Source: Chiloscyllium plagiosum (taxonomy: Eukaryota). Taken from it: a stretch of 56,520 bases of DNA. Within the stretch, counting starts at the first letter, position 1. Every line of letters starts with the position of its first letter. Of the stretch, positions 12,440-25,349 are shown piece after piece. The notes beneath the pieces are model-generated. The model saw nothing but the letters and a program-made list of their open reading frames with translations, did no database searches and was not told where the DNA came from. The stretch is from positions 6,454,894 to 6,511,413 of the forward strand of contig NC_057719.1 in the NCBI RefSeq assembly GCF_004010195.1, read 5' to 3'. The position numbers and the translations under genes were made by a program.

Positions 12440-12760
12440 AGGTGATGGCTTAGTGATGTTATAGCTGGGTTGTTAACCCAGAGACCCAGGTAATGTCCCA
12501 GGGACCTGGGTTTGAATCCCCCCATGGTAAATGGTGGAATTAGAATTCAATAACAAAAAAATCTGGAATTTAGAGTCTAACAATGACCATAAATCCATTG
12601 TTGATTATTGGAAAAACCTATCTGGTTCATTAATGTCTTCAAGGAAGAAAACTGCCATCCTTACCTCGTCTGGCCTACATGGGATTCCAGACCCACAAAC
12701 ATGTGGTTGACTCTTAACTGTCCTCTGGGAAATCAGGGATGGGCAATAAATGCTGGTTTA
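12440..12760 (+). mobile_element. tRNA-derived SINE (non-HE1 family)
   Basis: Box A/B-like head (TGGCTTAGTGA...GGGTTTGAATCCC) and tail GGATGGGCAATAAATGCTGG, seen partially elsewhere in the window. Confidence 0.65.
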
Positions 12761-13821
12761 GCTAGCAACTGAATGAAGAAAAAAAAAATAGAGAGCAGGA
12801 AAGGGATGGGGAGAGAGAGAACAATGAGAGAAAGACAGGCTTGTCTACGATCAGAGCAAAAGTGTTGTGTAAGTGCTTCAGGATCCTGAAGTAAACCTTA
12901 TGATAATGAGACACGGACTGCACATCATTGGGCGTAAATAGCACAGTATGGGCAAAGTTGGAAGATTCAAATGAGCACATGGACAAGAAAAGTCAAAGTA
13001 GATGGATTAATCCTTACCCAATATAATTACAAGTCAGAACTTGGTATATCAGTGATTATCCGGAAGACAGGATATAGTGTTATTGTATCATAAATAGTGA
13101 TAGTTCATTTCTAAGTGTGAAGACTGTTCTTGAGTGTGCCAGTTCTGTAAAGAACACAAGCTGACATCAAGTCGCACGATAAAAGTGAAGTGTTATTTAT
13201 AATAATTTCCAGATTGGTGAATGCACAGTAAGTTGTCAAGGTGTAGATTCAGTCTGGACTAAATGTTGCAATCCACATGCTGTAGGACTTGGACTGCCCA
13301 AAGGACCCAAAGTCTCATTTCCAAATCTTTGAGAGTTATATTACTGAGCTGTGTCAACTCACAGCCAGGCTAGAACATTTGACACAATGCAACAGTACCG
13401 ACATAAGGTGTACAGCAGGAACCAACGCTGGGAGAAACCAGTGAGTGAGCGTCTGGAGAAAGGTCAAGGATATTTGCCAAACTGGAAGAGAATGGATGCT
13501 GTCTGAAATGCTGTGGCGGTTGCTCAGTGATCAGTTTACATAAAAACAAGGAGGGAAGCATTCAAACATGATTCATGAAAGGGAAGAAGTGCAACAAATA
13601 AAGGCAAAAAACATGGTAAATACTCAGCAGGGCGAGCAGCAGCTCTGAAGGCAGAGACAGAGTAAATGGGCTGGATTTTCACAATCCCCACTCACTGTGC
13701 TTCCACAACATCCTCCACAGTCCCCACAAAATGGCAGTGCCAAAATTGGCAACTCGCCAGAATTATTAATTATATTCATCATGGGACATAGCTAGACCAG
13801 CATGCATTGCCCATCCTTAAT

Positions 13822-14222
13822 GGGCGGCACGGTGGCTCAGTGGTTAGCACTGCTGCCTCACAGCGCCAGAGACCTGGGTTCGATTCCAGCCTTGGGTGAC
13901 CGTCTGTGTGGAGTTTGCACATTCTCCCCGGGTCTGCATGAGTTTCCTCCGGGGGTGCTCTGGTTTAGGGTGAGAGGGGAAAGATATAAAAGGGACCTAG
14001 GGGGCAATTTTTTCACGCAGAAGGTGGTGCACGTATAGAATGAGCTGCCAGAGGAAGTGGTGGAGGCTGGGACAATTACAACATTTAAAAGGCATCTGGA
14101 AGAGTATATGAATAGGAATCGTTTAGAGGGATATGGGCCAAATGCTGGCAAATGGGACTAGATTAATTTAGGATATCTGCTCGGCATGGATGAGTTGCAT
14201 CAAAAGGTCTGTTTCCATGCTG
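13822..14222 (+). mobile_element. HE1 head/V-domain fused to a CR1 3' fragment
   Basis: GGGCGGCACGGTGGCTCAGTGGTTAGCAC...GTTTCCTCCGGGGGTGCTC runs directly into GGTTTAGGGTGAGAGGGGAAAG (CR1) at ~13960. Confidence 0.8.
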
Positions 14223-14358
14223 CAAAGGGTGCTAGAACCAGGGTGTGTGTGCAAAGGAAGATTTGGCTAGGGACAAGTAGCTAATTGGTCCATGGAGGAT
14301 GACCAAATGTTGATGATAAAGGCCTTCTGCTTGCCTGCCAACAACTATGTGATTGGCT

Positions 14359-14525
14359 AGGAGAAAGTGAGGACTGCAGATGTTGGGGATCAGAGCTTGA
14401 AAATGTGTTGCTAGAAAAGCGCAGCAGGTCAGGAATCCTGAAGAAGGGCTTATGCCCGAAACGTCGATTCTCCTTCTCCTTTGATGCTGCCTGACCTGCT
14501 GCGCTTTTCCAGCAACACATTTTTA
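14359..14525 (+). mobile_element. Palindromic Penelope-derived element with intact hammerhead motif
   Basis: 16-bp direct repeat AACTATGTGATTGGCT at 14343-14358 and 14526-14541; hammerhead at 14433-14470. Confidence 0.8.
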
Positions 14526-14721
14526 AACTATGTGATTGGCTCCCAGATAGCTGAACAGCGTGAGGATGTGAATGTTAGGTCAGAAGCCACGAGATCTTTG
14601 GGAGGAAGGTGCTGTTCTTTCTGCTGCAAAAAAGTAAGATATTTCCAACTTGAAGAAACCTGGTTTATTTTCTCTTATCTGTGGCTGTGGCTTTGAATGG
14701 ATACATCAGAGATTATCTAAG

Positions 14722-15350
14722 TGTGGACAAAGTTAAAAATCACACAACACCAGGTTATAGTCCAACAGGTTTATTTGGAAGCACTAGCTTTCAGAGCGCT
14801 GCTCCTAAATCAGGTGGTTGTGGAGCAGGATCATCAGACACAGAATTTATAGCAAAAGATCACAGCGTCATGCAACTGATACGATATGTTGAAGAAACCT
14901 AGATTGCTGTTCAGTCTTTCATCTTTTAGAATGAGTTGCAGGTTTCAGTTTATTAATATGTAAACTCCAGAACTTCTTTCAAATCACATTCTGAAGATAA
15001 CTTACGGTTTTATAAAAAAAAGGTGACATCTCAGCTCAGACAATGCACTAAAGGGTGTGAGGTTAGAGTCTTGATTTACATATTAATGAATCAAAGCCTG
15101 CAACCCATTTAAAAGATGAAAGACTGAACAGCAATCTAGATTTGTTCAATGTATTGTATCAGTTGCATGCATGGCACTGTGATCTTTTGCTATAAATTCT
15201 GTGTCTTATGATCCTGCTCCACAGCTATCTGATGAAGGAGCGGGGCTCTGAAAGCTAGTGCTTCCAATTAAACCTGTTGGACCATAACCTGGTGTTGTGT
15301 GATTTTTAACTTTGTCCACCCCAGTCCTACACCGGCTCTTCCAAATCATT
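14722..15350. mobile_element. ~630-bp palindromic Penelope-pLTR-derived element
   Basis: Long inverted arms homologous to the pLTR of the Penelope at 20.1-23.3 kb; direct repeat TCTAAGTGTGGAC at 14716-14728 and 15351-15363. Confidence 0.8.
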
Positions 15351-16364
15351 TCTAAGTGTGGACCAGTCAGTCTGTGCCTCCAAGAAACAAGGGAAAGTCC
15401 ATGGAGAAGGAGAATCAAGAAGCAGCAAATCCCGACATTTGATCATCTCAGCGGACCCTGTGGACAGGGACCATTGAACTGCCTTCCCAGTCTTTCCTTC
15501 CACCCATAACACCGAGTTTGCTTTTGTGTCTGTCTGTGTGTACGGTGAGTTTTATAATGGGGTTAGAATTCAATTAGTAGAGTTATATATAAAGGTTCAT
15601 AGTTGTTTAGCTGTGGAGAGAGACTCTATATATTTATAATCAACAGTAATTCATGTTAAATACAGAAACCTGGCTCATCCTTTCCGTCAACCCGTGTCTT
15701 AGAGAAAGGTAATGTGGTATTTTGCATAAAATTTTAGAAAATCTTTCACTTTCGTGATGAACCTGGTCTTAGTGGGTCCTAATTTGAAGTGCAGTAATGT
15801 TAAAGCGTGCACACACCTTATGAAAATTTGAGGGAAAGGATGTGAAGGCTTTCTTCATATCATTTGAGAAAATAGTGAGACAAATGAATTGGGCTGAAGA
15901 ACACTGGACACCACTCAGGCAGAGTAAGTAGACAGACTTAGCACAGGAAATTCCTACTTCACTGGTCAGATGAAGTTTCTTCTAATTGCAACACAATCAA
16001 AAAAAAAACAACACTAGCTGCATTCAAACTCACGCCTGAGGCACATCGGCAAATGTTCCAGCACATAAGGGGCCAACCAGGGCAAACCTATCTTGATTTT
16101 GAAAGAGTTAAGCAAAGTAAGTCTGACAGGTTGATACGAGCATTAGAAATTGAAAAAACATCTGAAGTTCTTAGAGAGATTATTCTCTGAGAGTTCTTTG
16201 AAAATGCTCTACCTTCTGTAATAGCTTATGTTGAAGGCTTGAGCCATTAGACAGACAGCAACAAGCTTGTGAAAGTACAATTAGTACAGAGAGTAGGTGA
16301 CAGAGATGGAGGGTTTCTGTTTAAAGGGAATGTAACTTGCTTTTCTTTGAAGGAAACATCCAAG

Positions 16365-17345
16365 AGGTTGAGAATTCTGGTTCTGTACTCGATGGAGTTT
16401 AGAATGATGAGGGGCAATCTGATTAAGTCTCATGGAGTATTGACAAGCCTCGATAGATGTAAGGAGATGTTTTCACGAGTAGCAGAGACTAGGACCCAAG
16501 AGCACGGCCTCAGAGTGAAGGGATGGCCCTTTAGAATGGAGATGAGGAGGAATTTCTTCAGACAGGGAGTGGTGTATCTGTGGAACGCATTGCTGCAAAG
16601 GGCTGTGGAGACCAAGTCATTGCGTGCACTTAAGGTTCTTGGTTAGTAAGGATATCAAGGGTTATGGGGTGAAGGCAGGACAATGACGTTGAGAAACATA
16701 TCAGGCACGGTTGAATGGTGGAGCAGACTCGATGACCCGAATGGCCTAATTCTGCTCTTCTGTCTTATGGTTGGGACACTGAGTATAAAAGTTGGAAAGT
16801 CATGTTGCAGCTGTATAAAACTTTAGTTAGGCCATATTTGGCATATTGTGTGCAGTTCTATAGCCACACTATAGGAAGATTATAGAGGGCTTGGTCAAAG
16901 AGGTTTACCAAAATGTTACCTAGATTGGAGCATATTAACTACAAAGAGAGGTTGGACAAACTTGGATTCTTTTTACTAGAGTGTTGAGGCTGAGTGGTGA
17001 CCTCATAGAAGTATGTAAAATTATGAGAGGCACGGATAGGGTCGATAGCTGGAGTCCTTTTCCCAGGGCGGAAGTGTCAAAATTAGGGGGCAGAGGTTTA
17101 CGATGAGAGGTGGAAAGTTTAAAGGAGAGGTGAGAGGCAAGGTAGGGTGCCTGAATCAGGCTGCTGGGGAAGTGGTAAAAGCAGATACAATTGTTACGTT
17201 TCAGAGGCTTTTAGACCGACACATGAACAGGTGGGGAATAGAGAGATACAGACTATGTGCAGGCAGATGGAATTATAAAAAAATGGCACTGATTGGCACT
17301 GAAGGGCCTGTTCCTGTGCTATACTCTTCTACATTGTACGTTCTA
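16365..17345 (+). mobile_element. Two tandem CR1 3' fragments inserted in the Gypsy element
   Basis: LRILVLYSMEFRMMRGNLI...WNALLQ with TCTTATG tail; second copy LYKTLVRP...LDRHMNR. Confidence 0.8.
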
Positions 17346-18156
17346 AGGACATTTACAGCTCGGGTAATATAGAAAAATTAACTCGGTCATTTTACTCGGT
17401 ATGGACTACTAACTAAGATACAATCTGATCAGGGTTCTAACTTCATGTCCAAAGTTTTCCAGGAAATCATTAGCAGTTTGGGTTTAAAACAGTCTAAGTC
17501 AACAGCGTATCATCCACAAACACAAGGAGCTTTCGGGAGATACCATCAAACTCTGAAAACCACAGTTAAGCAGACTGTCACGAATACCCACAGGACTGGG
17601 ATAAAGGATTAGATTTCTTACTATTTGTTGCTAGAGATTCTCCAAATGAACCTACTGGTTTTAGTCCATTTGAACTGATTATGGCCAAGAGTTCCATTAA
17701 AATTGATTGGGGAGACGTTCTTGAAGTAAAAGGACAAATCCTCAGTGTTGGATTTTGGGTCTGAGTTTCTAGAAAGACTCACAGGAGCATGTAAGGTAAT
17801 ACAGGAGCATGTGAAGGTTTGCAAGCGAAAATGAAAGAACAGGCAGACGTATTCAGCAGCTAGAGTAATCCCAGTGGGCAATGATGTCATGATATTGTTG
17901 CCTTTGCAAGGTGAATCCGTGAAAGCAAAATTCATTCTGCATTAGTATTAAAGTGACCCATTTGATTAACATTCTTGATCATTGATGAAATTTGATGAAA
18001 AAGTGTCATTGTAGGAAAGCAGATAAGGAGGAACATATGGATCAAGTGGTAGGAGAAATGGAACATGACAGAGAGGTAGAAGAGGAAGACATGTCACAAC
18101 ATGAACAGTTCCGCTCGCTAACACAGAAATACTGGGACTGTTTTCTTGTACTTTAA

Positions 18157-18477
18157 TTAGATTAGATTAGATTAGATTAATTAGTGTGGAAACAGGCCCT
18201 TCGGCCCAACAAGTCCACACTGCCCCGCCGAAGCGCAATCCACCCATACCCCTACATTTACCCCTTACCTAACACTACAGGCAATTTAGCACGGCCAATT
18301 CACCTGACCTGCACAGGTTTGGACTGTTGGAGGAAACCGGAGCACCCGGAGGAAACCCATGCAGACACGGGGAGAACGTGCAAACTCCACACAGTCAGTC
18401 GCCTGAGGCGGGAATTGAACCCGGGTCTCTGGCGCTGTGAGGCAGCAGTGCTAACTGCTGTGCCACCGTGCCGCCCT
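18157..18477 (-). mobile_element. Full-length, young-looking HE1 SINE
   Basis: Head GGGCGGCACGGTGGCACAGCAGTTAGCAC, V-domain, (TAATC)n tail, CpGs retained. Confidence 0.9.
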
Positions 18478-20106
18478 TAAGAAAGCACTACATGATTATC
18501 TTGTAAGATTACTAAGAAAGTAGAGATAATCTGTAGAGATACAGTTGGATGTCCTACATTAGCTAGATATGATGTCGATGCAGGAGGGTCAGGATCAATA
18601 AAACAGCATGTAATTGGTTGAGCCCAAGGATACAAGCTCAGGTGGAAGCTGACATCAGTGTGTGCTGGAAAACCACTTCATTGAACATTGTCACAGCAGC
18701 TGAAATTCACCGGAAATATTCATTCCTAAACCAGGTGGATTAACTAGATACTGTTTTGATGGGAGAAAGATACACGTGGTCACAAACTAGGTTCATACCC
18801 TGTTCCACAATAACATATTGATAGGGTTGGAAGTGTCTAAGATCGATCCATTGGAAGGGAACTGGCTAAAGAAGCATTTACTTTTGTGACATTAGGGGGT
18901 TGTCAAGCCATGTCATTTGCATGAGTCAGATTCTAGAGCCTTATGAATCATAAGGTCATAAAACCATAAGATACCGGATCAGGTTGTAGTTGCGGTTTAC
19001 AACAGCGTACGTTATTCAGCTAATGTTGTGGTATGTTGGTACCATGCCAAGCAGAAGACCTGTTTAAGCAATTACATTTGGCTGGCTAAGTAAGACATTC
19101 AGAAAGGCAAGAGTAACTTTCCCAGGACATGTTGTAGGACAAGAACAAGTGATGTCAAGGAGAGTGAAAGTGAAGGTTCTAATAGAATTCCTGTTCCTAA
19201 AACAAAATGAGAAATCATGAGACCTGTAACAATGTGTAAGCTGTACCAGGAATTTGTGAGTCACTTCAGCACAACAGCTGCATCTCTAACAATTTGTGTT
19301 CAGGAAACAAGCAAATGAGGAATGGTCAGTAGAAGGCCTTGAGAAACCGAAGGTGATCCCGATAAATTAACCAGTATTAATCACTCATGACTTTTCCAGA
19401 ACTTTCAAAATGGCATTTGATGCTGGTGACATGACGTTGGTGCAGTTTAGTTGCACGATCATAAGCAAAGAATAGAGAAGCAGTGGGAAAATTCTCTCAG
19501 AGCCTAAGCCAGTCCCAGAAGAATTATTCTAAGATGAAAAAAGAGAGTTGGGAATTGCTGTTGGCTCTTCAGCATTGTGAAGCCTGTGCCCAGGTCGACT
19601 ATAGGTTACACTGATCATAACCTACTGGCCTTCCTTAAAAAATTTTAAAACACAGAATGCAAGACAATGTAGATGGAATTCTTTTATTTGAAACATTTAA
19701 AGTAAAGATCATTGACATTGTTAGACAATTTAATGTAATTGCACATGCATTATCCCAAGTGCAACATGTTGGAAAAAAATTGTGAATAGATATAATTCTT
19801 GTGTGGTGTTTGTGTATCATATATTTTGAAATGAAGTTTCATTTTATAAGTGTGGAGGGATGTAAAGACTGTCTATTTTTCTAGAATTTGACTGTGAACT
19901 AAGAAGAGAAAAAAGACTGGTTTGAAAACAGTTGTTGGGATTGGTTCACTTTTTAAAAGCAAGTTATCTGACACTCATCGTAAGCACTGACTACATCACT
20001 GTTTATTCAATCAAGGGGAGGTTTCTACAGCCCTGAGGCGATAAAAAGGGAGATTTGGCTAGCAATAGGCAGCTGATTCGTCTGTGGGCCAGTAACAGGT
20101 TATGAA

Positions 20107-23100
20107 TGACACCAGGTTATAGTCCAACAGGTTTATTTGAAATCACAAGCTTTCAGAGCACTGCCCCTTGGTCAGGTGAAGCTTGTGATTTCAAATAAAC
20201 CTGTTGGACTATAACCTGGCATCATGCGATTTCTGACTTTGTCCACCCCAGTCCAACACCGGCTCCTCATGGCTACCAACAACACCACAAACCGCTGGCT
20301 CAACGTGTATAGAATCTCCAGGATCACAAGTACCGACACAGACATCAAGTTTCTGTAGAGATGCAAGCGAGCAGAGAGGATCCCGAAAGGACTGCAGATC
20401 ATGAATCTACTTGAGTCGACCTACAACGCAGGCTACACTGAAAGACTCTGCTGTCACACGTCTTGCAAACTCTGCGACCACCTCATACATCAACTCTACA
20501 GCAGACGTCACAACCTTGAAATTGAGATGGAGTCCATATTCTCAACTTGTGATCGGGACACAGCGGACTGGCTATGAGACACTGCCAGGCAAACAAGGCA
20601 ACAGAACTACACCACCTACATGCAACCGAGAACAGGACAAACTCGGCATCACCACCGGCTGTAACCAAGAGGTCAGCAGTGAGCCCAATGGGACAACCAA
20701 CAAGTCGACAGAGAGATCTGCAGAGCAGTAACCAGTGAACAAAGACCCCTCTAGAAGGCGGCTGTGCCAGGCTCGACTGATATACTCAGGCTGTCAGGAA
20801 ATGTATTAATGCTAGATTGATCAGCCACACCCACAAGGTACCACAGACCATCGCATGAACACAACGCTACACCATCTGTCCCCACCTCAAGAACAATTAC
20901 AACATTGACCAGGAGATAAAGGAGGAGCCATCATCATTCAGAATAGAATGGACTACTGCAAAGAAGTGTACTGACAGCTGAACAACCAGGAACAGCACAG
21001 GCAACCACCTGCCAATCTGACCAAAGAACGCACCCGTCAACTCAACAGACTGATCAAGACCTTTGATCCAGTCCTTCAGAGTTCCCTACGTACTCTCCGC
21101 CCACGTACTTCTTGCGTAGGTGACTTCTACTGCCTTCCAAAGATACACAAAGCCAATACACCTGGACGTCCCATCCTATCAGGCAAAGGGACCCTGTGTG
21201 AGAAACTCTCTGGCTATGTTGAAGGCATCTTGAAACCCATTGTACAGAGGACCCCCAGCTTCTGTCACGACATTACAGATTTCTTACAGAAACTCAACAC
21301 CCACAGACCAGTCGAACGGGGAACATTCCTCGTTACAATGGATGTTTTAGCACTCTACACCAGCATCCCCCACAATGATGGCATTGCTGAAACAGGATCA
21401 CTTACTCAACACCAACAACTGCTAAACTCCAGGCACCATCCTACAACTCATCCACTCCACTCTTGACCACAATATCTTCACTTTCAACAACCAGCTCTTC
21501 ATCCAGACACGCGGAATAGCCATGGGCACCAAATCCGCACCCCAATATGCTGACATTTTCACGCACATGTTTGGGCAAAACATGTTTCCTGCACAGGACC
21601 TCCAACTAATGCTACACACCAGCTGTATCAACAACTTCTTCTTCCTTTGTACTCACGGTGTAGAATCACTGGAACAATTACATGACAATATCAACGAGTT
21701 CCATCCCAGCATCAGACTCGCCAAGGATTACTCTTCAGAATTGGGTTCATTCTTGGACACACTCACCTCCATCAAGGACGGCCACCTCAGTTCCTCATTC
21801 TACCGCAAACCCACAGAGAACCTCACAGTGCTGCACTTCTCCAGCTTCCACCCTAAACATATTAAAGAAGCTATCCCCTACAGAGCCCGGTGTATACACA
21901 GGATCTACTCAGACAAGGAGGAACATGATGGACACCTAAGATACTGAAAGATGCCCTCAAGAATAGGATATGATGCTCAACTTATTGATCGTCAGTTCCG
22001 ACGTGGCACAGCAAAAAAACCACAACAACCTCCTCAGAAGACAGACACAGGACATGACCGAGAGAGTACCCTTCATCATCCAGTACCTCCCTGCACCGGT
22101 GAAACTATGCCATAATCTTCACAGCCTTCAACATGTCCTCAATGATGACGAACATCTCACCAAGGACATCCCTATACCTCCACTTCTCGCCTTCAAGCAA
22201 CTGTCAAACCTTAAACAGACCATTGTTTGGAGCAAACTACCCAGCCTTCAGGGCAACATCGACCATAACACCACACAACCCTGCCATGGCAATCTCTATA
22301 AGACATGCCAGATCATTGACATAGATACTACCGTCTCATGTGGGAACACCACCCATCCTGTACATGGCAGATGTTCATGAGATTCGGCCAATGTTGTCCA
22401 CCTCATACGCTGTAGGCAAGGATGCCCTGAGGCATGGTACATTGGTGAGACCATGTAGATGCTACAGCAACGGATGGATGGACACCACACAATTGCCAGA
22501 CAGGAATGTTCCCTCCCAATCAGGGAACACCTTCAGCAGTGAAAGACATACAGCCTCCGAACTTCAAGTAAGTGTCTCTAAGACGGTGTTGAGATACACG
22601 ACAATGCAGAATCGCCAAGCAGAAACTGATAGCCAAGTTCCATACCCATGAAGACAGCCTCAACTGTGATCTTAGGTTCATGTCATGCAATATGTAACCT
22701 CACCACACTGTTCTGTGTTTGTAAAATCTTCCTTACTGTCATGTTTTGACACCATCACCCTTGATAACTTGTTATGACCTCTCTACCTGAATGGGTTTGT
22801 CCTGTTTTGGATTACTTGTTACTTTGGTTAGACCCTCAGCATGTGACTCTTATACCTATCATGTTATTCCAAACGTTTGGTTTGTCGCCAGCACCATCTT
22901 ATTTCTGACTTTTTGTAATTATCTCTCTGCCTTAATTAATCGAATTATAGGCCATCCCTTCACTTGCTGTTCAGCTGTTGACACTTTACTCACACCATCT
23001 GACAGTTTTGATCACCTGCAGAGAGTGTTATTCAGATTGTTGACATTCCATTTATACTATCTTTTGACACCCTTAATTACCTGGAATTATCTTGCACTGA

Positions 23101-23269
23101 TCTCTCTGCCTATAAGTTCTATGCCTGTGTGCTCCCCTCCACTTCACCTGATGGAGGAGCAGTGCTCCGAAAGCTTGTGATTTCAAATAAACCAGTGGGA
23201 GTATAACATGGTGTTGTGTGACTTCTGACCTGGTCCACCCCAGTCCAACACCAACACCTCCACATCATA
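20107..23269 (+). mobile_element. Near-full-length decayed Penelope-like element (Neptune-like), RT plus GIY-YIG
   Basis: Inverted pLTR segment at the 5' end; ATG at 20269; RT motifs YCLPKIHK, LVTMDVLALYTSIP, GIAMGTKSAPQYADIF, YRKPT; Cys linker then ANVVHLIRC...WYIGET; 3' pLTR at 23143-23269. Confidence 0.9.
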
Positions 23270-23679
23270 GTTATTGATGATCAAGGTCTCCTGCCTGCCA
23301 ACAGCGATATGATTGGCTCCCAAATAGCTGAACAGCTTGTAGGTGTTGGTGAGAAGATGCTGGAGCAACTCAAAGCAAGGAGCTGTCTTACTTACTGTGA
23401 TAAAACATCTCAACCCTGAAGACTGCCAGTTTATTTTCCTTTTCAAGTGCTGTAAGCTGTGCCTTTTAGTTCATAAGTCAGGGAATTGGGCAATTTTATA
23501 AAATTGTTAACTTCTGTGAGAATCGTGGGACTGCATTTCCAGCACACTAACCCAATGAGACGTCAGAGTGGTGAGCGGGCTTCTCGGCCACTTGGGATGT
23601 AGGGACACCCAGAATGCTATTCAGGAGGAAATTCCAGGCTTAGAGGGAACTTTCCATCCACCTGCTAATCTAAGGAAGA

Positions 23680-23965
23680 ATCCCTACAATGTAGAAGGGG
23701 GCCCTTGAGTCCGCACCGACCCTCTGAACATTTTCCCGCCCAGACGCACCCACAAGACTAACTCACCCAGCCTGCACCCTATGGGGAAATTTAGCACAAC
23801 AAATCCACCCTGACCTGCACATCTTCGGATTGTGGAAGGAAACCCACACAGACACAGTGAGAATGTGCAAACTCCACACAGACGGTCACCTGAGGGGGGG
23901 GAACGAACCCTGGTCCCTGGTGTTTTGTGAGGTAGCAAAGCTAACCACTGAGCCACCATGCCACT
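23680..23965 (-). mobile_element. HE1 SINE (diverged)
   Basis: V-domain TGTGGAGTTTGCACATTCTC and tRNA-like head on -. Confidence 0.8.
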
Positions 23966-25349
23966 GTGATAAAGGCTGTGGGCTTGGGAAGTGTTGTCAA
24001 AAGAGCTTGGGTGGGCGACTGGGTGAGGTGCACACCGCTGCCCCTCTGGAGAAAAAGGGGCTGAATCTTTGGTTCTTAATTCTGTTCCTCCAGACTAGAC
24101 AGTGATACTTAATGGACTTAGTCACTTGGTTTGGGTGCAGAGGGGAAGCATTTGTAAGATAGGTAACACAGTGAAATCATCACTTTGTGGTTAAGTAATG
24201 GTCTAGAGAGAGTGGATAGGAAGGCCCTATTCCCCTTGGTTGGGTGCATGCATATCGAGGGTGTATCAGTGGGTGTGAAGTTAGGGTAAGAGTTAGGATA
24301 TTTCAAGGTGGGGGTTTTAGCAACCAGAGGGTGATGAGGATCTGGAACACTTTCTGGGTGATGTTAGAGACAGGAGCCATCATCATGTATAAAAGTTATC
24401 CAGGTTAGCACCTGATCCAGGGCAACAGATCAAGAGCCAGGGCATTGGATTAGGCTTTGTGCCTTGTGGTACAGATGTGATAGATAACAAAATGACCTGT
24501 AAACATCTACAATCTCCCAGGAACACATCTCGGTATTTCCAGGAGAGAAGGGGAGAAGAACTGAAGCAGGTCTATGCTGGACTAGATGCCTCCTGACTGG
24601 GAGACAAAGAACTCTTGGCCCAGTGGGAATAACAATGGTTGATGACGATCAGATAAAGGAAATGGTCCAAAGCTGGCCTGTGGGGTGGTCCCATTAAAAT
24701 GTTTAACCCGCACGCCAGTCAAACAGCGTCTTTGCAAATACAACCCATTAAACCGTGATTTAATCTGGAAATGCAGCCAGATAAATGAGTCCCTTGTTTA
24801 TCATTCCAAGTTAGCAAAGAGATTCCCCACCAAGGGCGTGGAATGATGTCTGCGCGTGAGTTTAGCTCTGCAATATCCTGAGGATTATCTCTTGAGAGTT
24901 CAAAAATTGCTGCAAAGAGTTTTTCATGACCAATCGCATATTTTCTGCAAGATAGCGAGACAACTTGGAACCCACATCCTGTACACAAATCAGCTCATCT
25001 GATGCTACAGAGATGTGTGTCAAGATCTATTTTTCCTTCAATGTTTGAGAGGTTTGCTTTCTTTCCATTGACCCAATAACAACAAAAGCTTGCCTTTATA
25101 TAGAACCCTGAGCGTAGTAAAACTGGCCACAATTAAAACTTGGCTCTGATACCACGTGACTGAAATCTGATCCAAGATGTATCTTTTAAGGAGCAGTTTA
25201 CAGAAGGAAGGGTTAATAAAACCGTAAGATATAAGAACAGGAGTAGGCCATTCGGCCCCTCAATCAGCTTCACCATACAATAGGATCATGGCTAATCTGA
25301 CATCTCCATTTCCCTGCACTTTCCCCCAATAACCCTTGATTACCCTATT

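Larger units (their letters stand above)
14230..23565 (+). mobile_element. Decayed Gmr1-type Gypsy LTR retrotransposon (LTR-gag-INT-RT-RH-PPT-LTR) with nested insertions
   Basis: Gag FFISFEKIVRQMNWAEEHWT...LTPEAHRQMF (~15850-16240); integrase IQSDQGSNFMS...STAYHPQTQGA (~17418-17700); RT remnant VTFPGHVVGQ (~19112); RNase H FKMAFDAGD, YTDHN, NVIAHALS (~19400-19760); PPT-like GGAGGGA|TGTAA at 19854-19865; LTR-like homology of ~14255-14700 with ~20045-20095 plus 23270-23460. Confidence 0.8.

Noticed and set aside
18400..18477. tRNA-like sequences at SINE heads
   Set aside because: They continue into the V-domain and LINE-like tail, so they are SINE promoters rather than tRNA genes.
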